Assembly: GCA_965217585.1 (NCBI GenBank)
Contig: OZ244561.1
Coordinates: forward strand, 32,001-96,000
Origin: Candidatus Latescibacterota bacterium
GTDB taxonomy: Bacteria; Latescibacterota; UBA2968; UBA8231
Direction: 5' to 3'
Length of the DNA: 64,000 bases
Shown here piece after piece: positions 11,075-19,974 of the stretch (position 1 is its first letter; the number at the start of each line of letters is the position of its first letter). The translations under genes and the position numbers were made by a program. The notes below the pieces were generated by a model. That model searched no databases and was not told the origin of the DNA. It saw only the letters and a program-made list of their open reading frames with translations.

Positions 11075-12130
11075 TCAAGCGTTACTACCCTTATTCCCGA
11101 GAAAACGCCAGCGCGCACCCGGGCCTCGGCCGCTGCAAGCTACATCACCGGATTTCTTTAGCTCCGCTAAGAGGGTGCGAATCCATTCGCGGCCGACGCC
11201 GGGGCAGGCGTGTTCTAGGTCGCTCAGGCGGAATTCGCCCGGTTGGGCGCGGATGGCGGCGAGCACCCGCTCAGACTTGGCACCCCGTGGGGCCTTGATC
11301 TGACCAGCGCGTTCCTCCAATTCGACGTAAGCACGGCGGATGATCGCAAAGAGGAAGTTGAACCAAGGCGTCAGTTCGTGTTTGCCGTCGTGCCAGCGCT
11401 GTGAACTGAGCCGGAGGCATTCGTAGTAGTCCTCCCGGGATTCCTCAATGAGGCGTTCCAAGCTGATGTAGCGACCGACCTCGTAGCCGTGCTGGTAGAG
11501 CGCCAACAGGGTGAGCAGCCGGGACACGCGGCCGTTGCCGTCCCGGAAAGGGTGGATGCAAAGGAAATCCAAGACGAGGGCGGCGATGGCGATGAGCGGC
11601 GGGATATTCTCCTGGTCGAGGCCGTGCTGATAATGCTGGCAGAGTTCTTCTACAGCCGCCGGGGTCTCCGCAACCTTCACGCAGCGGAACCGAACCACCG
11701 GGGCCTGTCCGGGCAAGAATTCCACGATGTCGTTATCGACTCGTTTGAATTCGTCGCCGCTGGCGGACTGGCAAAGGGCATGTAGGCGTTGCAAGGTGTC
11801 TGGTGTGATAGAAAGAGCGGCGTAATCGGAGTGAATCTCGTTCAAGGCGCGGCGATAGTCCTGAATCTCCTGCTCGGAGCGGTCACGAGGTTTCGCTTGG
11901 CCGAGCACCAGCGGGTAAAGGCGGGCTTGGGCGACCGTTACACCTTCAATGCGGTTGGAGGATTCAGCGCTCTGAATGACAGCCGTGTCGCGGAGCGCTT
12001 TGAGGGCTTGCGGCGACTGGCGTGTGAATAGCTCCTGTTTGCCCCTCGACTCGGCGATATCGTTGAGCAGCCACACCGTGCTCAGAGGTGTTTCGTGGTC
12101 GCGTAGGCGGTTGTTGCGGAACGAGTTCAT
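11075..12130 (-). CDS. Fic family protein with C-terminal wHTH
   Basis: Fic motif HPFRDGNGRVSR; SSNRIEG. Confidence 0.92.
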   Translation of the reverse strand: MNSFRNNRLRDHETPLSTVWLLNDIAESRGKQELFTRQSPQALKALRDTAVIQSAESSNRIEGVTVAQARLYPLVLGQAKPRDRSEQEIQDYRRALNEIHSDYAALSITPDTLQRLHALCQSASGDEFKRVDNDIVEFLPGQAPVVRFRCVKVAETPAAVEELCQHYQHGLDQENIPPLIAIAALVLDFLCIHPFRDGNGRVSRLLTLLALYQHGYEVGRYISLERLIEESREDYYECLRLSSQRWHDGKHELTPWFNFLFAIIRRAYVELEERAGQIKAPRGAKSERVLAAIRAQPGEFRLSDLEHACPGVGREWIRTLLAELKKSGDVACSGRGPGARWRFLGNKGSNA

Positions 12131-12186
12131 TTTGAGAAGGCTTTAGGTTTGGAGGAAATTCAACAATCTACACCGGTGAGTACCAG

Positions 12187-12654
12187 CTAACCGGGCAGTC
12201 TACTTACATCTCGTAATTTATGATCCCGTTTATTATTGAAGAATCGCTGTTCTTCAGGCCTAACGTATCGCCAAGACTGAGGGACGACGAAATTCGGGAA
12301 TTGTTTCCTTAGCGTGTTCAGATCAATCGGATTCTTGTATTCCCAGACCTCTGTGATTTCCAAAGCATAAGCAATGGTCCGTCCCTCATAGTAAGCATCG
12401 AAATCTCGTTTATCTATACCCACAAATTCAGACACATTGTTCCAGACTTCCTCGGGTGATCCACTCCACACTTGTCCAACGCGAAAACCGCCACGGAGTT
12501 GCCTGACTGGGCTTGAGACGTAGATAAACACGTCGCGGTTTTCTATATAAGGAGTGATACGTCTCCTTAGTTCAGCCTCTTTGAGTTTTTCAAAAACCAA
12601 GTCTGCATAGCAGGGTTTAAAAGAAAAAAGTAAAGGTGCCATTGTCGCGTTCAT
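12187..12654 (-). CDS. ASCH/PUA-like domain protein
   Basis: LFSFKP.YA..VF..K..ELRR, IYVSSP, PQSWRY pattern; low GC. Confidence 0.8.
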   Translation of the reverse strand: MNATMAPLLFSFKPCYADLVFEKLKEAELRRRITPYIENRDVFIYVSSPVRQLRGGFRVGQVWSGSPEEVWNNVSEFVGIDKRDFDAYYEGRTIAYALEITEVWEYKNPIDLNTLRKQFPNFVVPQSWRYVRPEEQRFFNNKRDHKLRDVSRLPG

Positions 12655-12656
12655 GA

Positions 12657-14669
12657 CTAATCTGGGAATCCCAACCGAAATAGTTTCTGGAATGTTTTCA
12701 TTGGCACTTTGGAAGGAGATTGCAGTGTTAGCCCAACTCTATCTTCCTTAAAGACACCTCGTAGTTCATCCAACGAAATCGGTTTTCTAAAAAGGAAAGT
12801 ATGTGAAAATTTTAGTGCCATAATTTCTTTTGATAGATCACCATCACATAGGTCATAAATATCTTTCCATTCCAGTATCCCAAATTTTTTGAATTTTCCG
12901 AAAAGCACTTTTGGGGTGTCTATCTCAACAGTGTCAAGATGGGATATAGCTATTATTTTTTTTATATCTCCGCTGACGTACCACAGAATTCGGGCAGGAG
13001 GTTTGAGCATTCTATGACAAGTTTTACTACTTCGATAATACACGTTATCCCAACGCAACAATACACTCTTTTTACCTCCAAAGAGATCGTTGGCTGATTG
13101 GTATCTATCAAAGAGGCTGATAGCATAGCCTGGACGGATTGGTATTAAAAAATGATCTTGGTCCGCTGCCAAGCCCAAAGGTGAGCAATGCCGTTCAATA
13201 TCTAGAGGCGACATACTCTGATAATTACTCGACGATTCAGGAGATAGCCTAGAAATTTCACCTAATACCTCTCTATGTTTAAGGCAACGAGAAAAGCAAA
13301 ATTTCACGAAACTGTCATTATACTTTGTAAAACCCACCTCTAAGAGGTCCGCCACCAATCTGGTGACGATAGCTGTTCTATCGAATTTCACTATGTCAAT
13401 GTTCTCTTTCACAGCTTTGTAAACGGTATCCGCGATCAAAAAATGCTCGAATAACAATCGATCATTAGATGACACTACCCTTCCCAAATGTACAGTAAGT
13501 GCGTTACCACTATTGTTTTCAAGAATCCGAATCGCGCATATCTCTCGACCTGACCATAGAAGCTCACACTCATACTGCTTAGGACTTGCAAGGAAATTAT
13601 TCACCCTTTCCCGAAATTTACCTAGTCTTTCCCCTTGGTCTAGAAAGGAGATAAACGGAAAAGATGGGATATCATCGGAGGTCAAGCGACGCCATTCAAG
13701 GCTGAGGCCCGACACGCGGGCTGGCATATAAGATTGTCTTTCGGAGAGCTCGTGAAATTGAATAATCAACTCGGTCGGGGATAACACTTGGATTCTCGTC
13801 ATATCCTCAATTGCATCCGCTTTTTGTAAGAGACGCTGATCTCGAGTAACAAAAAAATTAACGTCAGATGCAGCCGTCCTAGCCAAGTGGCGAATATCGG
13901 ATTTTTCGCGTGGCGTACGATTGGGAAGAATTTTCTTCAGGTGCCCCTCAAAGTGTTCAGCCAATTGTGCGTCGTGTATGATTTTTGGAAATCCATAGGC
14001 TCTGTTTCGGGATTTTTCGCGCTGACTAGAATCGCTATGCCGATCTATTTCGACAAACAGTTCATCGGTGATACAAAGATTGAGGGAACCTATTAAGAAA
14101 TCGGACAGCAAGGCTTTGGATAGCTTTGTTGCATCACTATCCGACCGATCAAAATGGAAGAATATCTGGGCATCAATGACGATATCAATAGCCTCATCTG
14201 ATGTTTTTGTCTGAAAAAGTTCTAACTGGTCATATGGTGCCAGAGTAAGGCACCAAAGCGTCAAGGTGTGTCTAGCTGCGGAACGGCCAGGTTTTTCATT
14301 GATAGGTACGAAGCCCAATTTCGGCCACATGTGATGCGCTGCAAAATCACGTCGGCAATGAAGTTTTATGACCTTCTGAGTAGTGGCAGACGTCTTTAAA
14401 GTGTTAACAAGTCGCCTCACGACACCTCGGCCTTGATATTGTTCCAACACGCAAAGCTGAAAAATACGAAAATAGTTTCGATTGATTCCGTAGAGAAGAT
14501 AACCTATCAGTTGGTCGTCGCCGTTCTTGGCCCCCCAAACACCGCCCTTTTCGAGATAATCACGAAGGGCTTCTCTGGGAAGAAAGCCTAGCGTCCTACG
14601 ATTCCACTTCATCAACTTGTCTACTGCGACAAGGTCAGCAGACGTCAGTTTTGAGATAGTGATACTCAT
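12657..14669 (-). CDS. GNAT-PIN-ASCH/EVE-like multidomain protein
   Basis: N-terminal GNAT (QLCV...QGRGV..RL, W.KLGF); PIN acidic pattern (VIDAQ, DELFVEI, SDIRHL, FVTRD); C-terminal PUA-like IPIRP..NVYYRS..ILWYVS; low GC; ATGA overlap with the RM gene. Confidence 0.75.
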   Translation of the reverse strand: MSITISKLTSADLVAVDKLMKWNRRTLGFLPREALRDYLEKGGVWGAKNGDDQLIGYLLYGINRNYFRIFQLCVLEQYQGRGVVRRLVNTLKTSATTQKVIKLHCRRDFAAHHMWPKLGFVPINEKPGRSAARHTLTLWCLTLAPYDQLELFQTKTSDEAIDIVIDAQIFFHFDRSDSDATKLSKALLSDFLIGSLNLCITDELFVEIDRHSDSSQREKSRNRAYGFPKIIHDAQLAEHFEGHLKKILPNRTPREKSDIRHLARTAASDVNFFVTRDQRLLQKADAIEDMTRIQVLSPTELIIQFHELSERQSYMPARVSGLSLEWRRLTSDDIPSFPFISFLDQGERLGKFRERVNNFLASPKQYECELLWSGREICAIRILENNSGNALTVHLGRVVSSNDRLLFEHFLIADTVYKAVKENIDIVKFDRTAIVTRLVADLLEVGFTKYNDSFVKFCFSRCLKHREVLGEISRLSPESSSNYQSMSPLDIERHCSPLGLAADQDHFLIPIRPGYAISLFDRYQSANDLFGGKKSVLLRWDNVYYRSSKTCHRMLKPPARILWYVSGDIKKIIAISHLDTVEIDTPKVLFGKFKKFGILEWKDIYDLCDGDLSKEIMALKFSHTFLFRKPISLDELRGVFKEDRVGLTLQSPSKVPMKTFQKLFRLGFPD

Positions 14670-17600
14670 GGTTTCCCTTCCACCGTCGAGATTTCTTCCT
14701 CTGTCAGTCCATACAGCGCATACACCAGCCGGTCTATCTCCGCTTCCTGCTTGCCAGTGTCCATCGCCGGATCGTCCGCTTTCGCCGACAAGATACTGTC
14801 CACCAAGCGGATGAACGGGCGTTGCTCTGCGGCGAGGATTTTGGGGATGGGGATGGTTTCCACTGAAATACTAAACCACCGGGTTACGCCCATTCCAGAA
14901 GTAACGGCTGTGTTCCTCATAAACCAGTTTATCAGGTTAGAGTTGAGTATGGCGCATAGAAATTTGATTGACTGCCCGGACACCATATAAACAGTGTTGA
15001 CGCAGAACATTTCACCCTCGTCATACGCAAATCGCCCTTGCTCCGTCAGGTCCATCCAGAACAACTTTTCTTTGGCAAACTCTGCGTGGTAGGCACAATT
15101 ACGGAGATTATACGACGTCCTGCCTTTGTCCTGCCGTTTTTCCAGTCTCGGATAGAACCCGTCCAGATGGCTTTTGATCGCCGGATAGTTGTCAATGTTG
15201 GCAGCGGGAACATTGCCGTAGCCGTTATGCGTGTCAATCAGCCACAAGCCCGCCCATTTTGCCCGGTAACGCTGAATATCCCGCCCACGCAGGATGGGCT
15301 TGATGATTTCAGCAGACTTTGAATCTTCGGCAATCAACGCTTGCCGGGCCACATCGCCAATAATAAAGGCTTCATTGTAGCCTGTCTTGATTCCATAGTT
15401 GATTTTCACCTCCCAATTTTTCAGCGGCGTCCCTTTCACCTTCACCTTATCCATAATGCTGTGTTCGGCGTGCGACAAGATACTCCACGGTTTTTCGCCG
15501 TCCGGGCGTGTTTGTCCCCACAGACTTGCATCAGGCGGGAAGTCTGTGGCGTCCAGTTTGTCCATATCAACGGCATCACATGTGGCGTTGCTACTACCCT
15601 CGCGCACTATCAGGACGCTGGTGTCAACGATGGCGTTTTCAAAAACATCCTTGCCCATTTCCAGCAAGCGCAGCGGCGTATGCCGCTCGGAGAGGTAGCG
15701 ACGCAAGGCTTTGCCGTATTCCGCCTTGAGCCAGCTATTGGAAGTGATGTAAGCCAGCAAGCCTTGAGCCGGTCTCAGCAGCCGACAGCCGCGCTCGTAG
15801 AAAAGCTGGTAAATGTCGCCGGTGCGGGCGAAAGTGGCGTAGCCAGTATCCTTGTAGAGCTTGCCCAGTTCGCCGCCGTTCTTCTGCAATTGAATGTATG
15901 GCGGATTCCCAATCACCACGTCAAACCCGTCGGCGACCCCAAACATATACTCTGTATCGAACCAATCGGCACCGGCATTCTGATCGTAGGGATCCCATTG
16001 GGCAACTTGGTTAGCGGCGGCAGTAGGCATACCAAGTTGGGTCAATTCCTGCGCCAACTCGCCTCGTAGCCGACGGTCCTCATTGAGGCATTTCAGTTTT
16101 GCTTGGCGGTTGGCAGCATGAAAGTGTCGCTCCCGGTTCGCGTGCAATTCGCGCTCTAGCCCTTGCACTTTTTCGCTGCTCAACATGCGCTGACCAAGAC
16201 TCAACAGCGTATTCGCCGCCACAAACCGCGTCTCCAGATTCGGCAGCGGCTTGATGCCGAAGTTCTCCGCCGTCTCGTCGGCTTCTTGTTCAATCGCCAG
16301 CGAAATGAAAAAGCGCAGTTTGGCGATTTGGCAAGCCACCGGCTGAATATCTACGCCAAAGATGCTGTTCTGGATCAGGTAGAGCTTGCGCCCAAAGTCG
16401 CCCGAATACCGCTCAAAGGTCTCGCTGATCTCCAGCAACTCGGCATCGCGCTCTTGCTGATCTTTGGTTTCAAACGCCTCGTCCGCTCGTTGTCTGGCCC
16501 GTTCCTTTTGCAGTGCTTGCCAACGCTGGTTGTCGGGGTCAATCCGCTGCAACGCCAAGGTCAGCTTGTGCAGTATGCCCATTGGAAACGCACCGGAACC
16601 GACCGCCGGGTCCAGCACCTTGATCTCCGCAATCGCCTGTACAATGCCCTCGGCTTCGGCCTCTTCAAAAAGTTCATTGGCGTCGTCGAATGCGTCTTCA
16701 TAATCCAGCAAATAGCGCAACCGCTCTTGCCAGTACGCCGCGTCGCCATCGTCGGGCTGCGCTGTTTCCGCCAGCGTCGCCACCAACGCCTCCTCCACCA
16801 TGTAGTCCACCACAGCGCGGGGCGTGTAGTAGGAGCCGGTTTGCTTGCGCGCCGTCTCGCGGGTCTCTGGGTTGTAGGCCGCCAGCAAATTTTCAAAGAC
16901 CTTGCCGAGCAATTCCGGGTCTAGGGCGACTTCCTGCTCTATGGGCGTGTTTTCCTCCACCGTGAACTTGTAGTGATTGAGTAGAGGAAACAGACCCTGA
17001 TCTTCGTCGAAGAACAGGGCGTCAGGGACGTTCAGTTCCCGCCAAGCATCGCGGCGCGCTTCTGCCGCCCGGGGACCATCGTTTGGGTCCGGATCGCTGA
17101 ACATGTCGACGCGTCTGCCCCCGGCGCTTCTTGATTCTTCATCGTCTAGGCAGTCGAACAGGCCGCCGTTGATGAACGGAGTCTGCTTCATCAGGTCTTC
17201 GAAGCGCTCCGTATCCCGGATGAGTGATTGGTAACGGAAACGTGAAAAGACCCGGTGGCTAGGCTCGGTCCGGGTGCTGAAGCCACGTGCGCCTATCTCG
17301 GTGTTGAGAGTCGCGAAGAAGAGATTCTGCAAAACGGCGCGGTAGTAGTCGGAGCCGCCGAAGTCGTTCAGCAACTCTTCCATTTCGGCGCGAACGAACC
17401 ACTCCTCTCGGACCAGTCCCTTTTCCTTAATGAACCAGACGAACAGGATGCGGGTGATCAACCGGATGACCTGCTGTTCCGCCGACACGGTCGAGGGGAA
17501 CTTCGCTTCCTCTACTGCCTTCTTGAACCAGTCGAATAGCTCGCCGTAGAACCGCCGGTTGAGTTCCTCGGTGTCCAGTTTATCCAACCAAGCAGCCAGC

Positions 17601-18250
17601 AATCCGTCAAAATTGTGTGACTTGTTATGGATGTCTATCCATTCCGAACACTCGGCCAGCGATAGTTCGGCCAAAATGTCCAGATGGGCACGGTGGGGAT
17701 CAGCCGGGTCAATCTCCCGTACCAGCGACACATGGCCCAGCACATCGCGCCCTGGATCGCGCCTGTGCTCGCGGCGATGGACAAAGGACAGGGTGAGCCG
17801 ATGGTCGGCGGTTCTGAACAGAACGACGGTTGGTTGGCTCAGGCGCTTGTTGATCTCCCGGGTGAACTGCGCGTACTGGCCGCGAGTGTAGGTCGTCTCC
17901 TTGAGTCCCACGGCAAAGAAGATAAAGCTCTGTTGCTGTCCCTTGTCGAAGGAATCGGCTTCAAACCCAAGCGTCGGCTGATCGACTGAGGCGATTTCAT
18001 CACTTGTCACCTGAAAGATGATCCGTACGGATCGGACATGCTTGCGGAATGCCTGCCTCGTCTGGGTATTTTGGCTATACGCAGGGAATTCCTGGATAAA
18101 GTCATCCACGCTGCCTGAAAGTTCCTGTGTGCGGTCACTTTGGTATCCGAGGACTTCCAGTAGGTCTTTAGCCGCCGCTAGGAAATCTCTGGCGGGTATG
18201 TCCTTCAGAGCCGATAGAATCTGTTCCTTTGTTTGAGAAACGCTGCTCAT
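14666..18250 (-). CDS. Type IIG-like (Eco57I/TaqI-C) restriction-modification protein, N6-adenine methyltransferase
   Basis: LLGKVFENLL, GSYYTP, DPAVGSGAF (motif I), GNPPY (motif IV), C-terminal TRD (GIKTG.NEAF, LRNCAY, EIDRLVYALYGLT). Confidence 0.92.
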   Translation of the reverse strand: MSSVSQTKEQILSALKDIPARDFLAAAKDLLEVLGYQSDRTQELSGSVDDFIQEFPAYSQNTQTRQAFRKHVRSVRIIFQVTSDEIASVDQPTLGFEADSFDKGQQQSFIFFAVGLKETTYTRGQYAQFTREINKRLSQPTVVLFRTADHRLTLSFVHRREHRRDPGRDVLGHVSLVREIDPADPHRAHLDILAELSLAECSEWIDIHNKSHNFDGLLAAWLDKLDTEELNRRFYGELFDWFKKAVEEAKFPSTVSAEQQVIRLITRILFVWFIKEKGLVREEWFVRAEMEELLNDFGGSDYYRAVLQNLFFATLNTEIGARGFSTRTEPSHRVFSRFRYQSLIRDTERFEDLMKQTPFINGGLFDCLDDEESRSAGGRRVDMFSDPDPNDGPRAAEARRDAWRELNVPDALFFDEDQGLFPLLNHYKFTVEENTPIEQEVALDPELLGKVFENLLAAYNPETRETARKQTGSYYTPRAVVDYMVEEALVATLAETAQPDDGDAAYWQERLRYLLDYEDAFDDANELFEEAEAEGIVQAIAEIKVLDPAVGSGAFPMGILHKLTLALQRIDPDNQRWQALQKERARQRADEAFETKDQQERDAELLEISETFERYSGDFGRKLYLIQNSIFGVDIQPVACQIAKLRFFISLAIEQEADETAENFGIKPLPNLETRFVAANTLLSLGQRMLSSEKVQGLERELHANRERHFHAANRQAKLKCLNEDRRLRGELAQELTQLGMPTAAANQVAQWDPYDQNAGADWFDTEYMFGVADGFDVVIGNPPYIQLQKNGGELGKLYKDTGYATFARTGDIYQLFYERGCRLLRPAQGLLAYITSNSWLKAEYGKALRRYLSERHTPLRLLEMGKDVFENAIVDTSVLIVREGSSNATCDAVDMDKLDATDFPPDASLWGQTRPDGEKPWSILSHAEHSIMDKVKVKGTPLKNWEVKINYGIKTGYNEAFIIGDVARQALIAEDSKSAEIIKPILRGRDIQRYRAKWAGLWLIDTHNGYGNVPAANIDNYPAIKSHLDGFYPRLEKRQDKGRTSYNLRNCAYHAEFAKEKLFWMDLTEQGRFAYDEGEMFCVNTVYMVSGQSIKFLCAILNSNLINWFMRNTAVTSGMGVTRWFSISVETIPIPKILAAEQRPFIRLVDSILSAKADDPAMDTGKQEAEIDRLVYALYGLTEEEISTVEGKP

Positions 18251-18267
18251 TGGACCTGCTCCAGAGA

Positions 18268-18273
18268 ATTATA
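18268..18273 (-). promoter_or_regulatory. Possible -10 box (TATAAT) of an internal promoter for the RM methylase
   Basis: Perfect TATAAT on the minus strand 17 nt before ATG 18250, in a 143-bp AT-rich gap; no well-spaced -35 seen. Confidence 0.3.
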
Positions 18274-18393
18274 CACTGCCATATTTCCGCTCCCATCAAT
18301 AAGTAAACTATATAATTCATCTCAGCCGCATGGCTATCCTCGAATCGGAAAGTCACTCGCCAATTGCAGCATTCAACAGTTTGTCTTAATAGG

Positions 18394-19974
18394 CTATGTG
18401 ATCAGCGTCTTCAGCGCTTGGTAAAATATCCGATGGCGTAGCTTGCTGAGTGCCCGCTCCTTGAGCTGGCGAATGCGCTCGCGCGTTAGATTCATCATGT
18501 CGCCAATTTCCTCAAGCGTCAGGGCCTTGTTGCCATTGAGGCCAAAATAGAGCCTGATAATGCGCGATTCGCGTTCTTCTAGGAGCCCTAGAACTGCCTC
18601 TAACTGTATTAGCGCCGATTCGCGCAAGATGTCGGCGTCAGGGGGAGCCATCGCCTCATCGACCAAGATGTCGCGCAAGCTGATTTCGTCGTCGAAGAAG
18701 GGTTCGTCAAGCGAACATACGGTGCGGGCGCTAAGGGTCGTCTCTATGATCTCTTTGGCCGGAACATCAAGTTCGGCGGAGATTTCTTCCATATCTGGCT
18801 CACTAGCCCGGTCCTGATTCAGTTTGCGCGAGGCTTTGGAAATATCCCTGAGCAAGCTGATTTTGTTGAGGGGGAGTCGCACGATGCGTACATGCTCGTC
18901 AAGCGTTTAGAGAATGGACTGGCGAATCCACCAAACCGCATAGGTAATGAATTTGTGCCCCTTTGTCCCATCGAAGCGATCAGCCGCCGTAATCAGTCCG
19001 ATATTGCCGGCGCTAATCAAGTCAGAGAGGGACAGACCACGATTTTGGTATTTCTTGGCCTCGTTAATGACAAAGCGCAAATTCGCCTGGATCATTTCGT
19101 CGCGGGCGCACATGTCGCCATTTTTGATGCGGTCGGCCAGTTCTGCTTCGCGCTCCCTCGGAAGAGGTGTGGACTCGGCGATATCGTAGAAGTAAAGTCG
19201 TAGAGTTTGCTCCTCCCCTTCCGGGAATTTCTCCTCAAACACCGCCCGTTCAAACCAGTCGAACGTATATCGGTAGAACTCCTGGTTGCGCTCTACGGTG
19301 TCCAGCTTGGCAAGCCAAGCGGCCAGCAAACCTTCGCAGTTGTGCGGCTTGGCATTGGAACTCATCCACTTGGCGCACTCCGATAGCGACAGCTCGGACA
19401 GAACGTCGAGATCGGCACGGCGCGGATTCTCTAGAGGAATATCCTTGCTCAACGACGTAACACGCTTCAGCACGTCACGACTATCATCGAGCTTGTTCGG
19501 ACGGCGACTGATAACAGCGACGGCCAAGCGTGCTCCAGCGCGGAAGAAGACCACGGTTGGCACGATTATCCGCTTATCGATCTCCCGTGTAAATTCGTCA
19601 TATATCCCTTGAGGGTAGTTGTCCTCCTTCAGTTCCACGGCGAGGAAGATAAGGCTCTGCTGCCGTCCTTCCTCAAAGGAAGCAGCCTCAAGCCCAAGTG
19701 TCTGCTGATTGGCTGAGGCGATTTCATCATTCGTTATTTGAAAGACGATCCGCACAGATTGGACGTGCTGGCGAAATGCCTGCTCAGTCTTGGTATTTGG
19801 TTTTTGTGCAGGGAATTCGTGGATAAAACCATCCACGGTGTCTGGAAGTTCTTCTGTGCGGTCACTCTGATAGCCGAGGACTTCCAGTAGGTCTTTAGTC
19901 ACAGCCAGAAAATCGCTGTAGGGCATGGCCGCTAAAGCGGCTTGAATGTCTTCTCGGATGTCGGCCATGCTCAT
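18394..19974 (-). pseudogene. Chimera: RM N-terminal domain fused to an RpoD/RpoS-type sigma70 factor, one in-frame TAA at 18907-18909 (526 codons if read through)
   Basis: ORFs 18907-19995 and 18394-18882 share a frame and read QSIL*TLDEHVRIVRLPLNK, matching QSILQTIAEHARTVRLPLNK of the sigma at 33753; the first ~250 aa align to the N-terminus of 14666-18250; ATG 19974 overlaps the helicase stop (ATGA). Confidence 0.88.

Noticed and set aside
18907-18909. Programmed recoding (Sec/Pyl or alternative code) of the internal stop
   Set aside because: The codon is TAA, which ends many normal genes here; a point mutation or error is simpler
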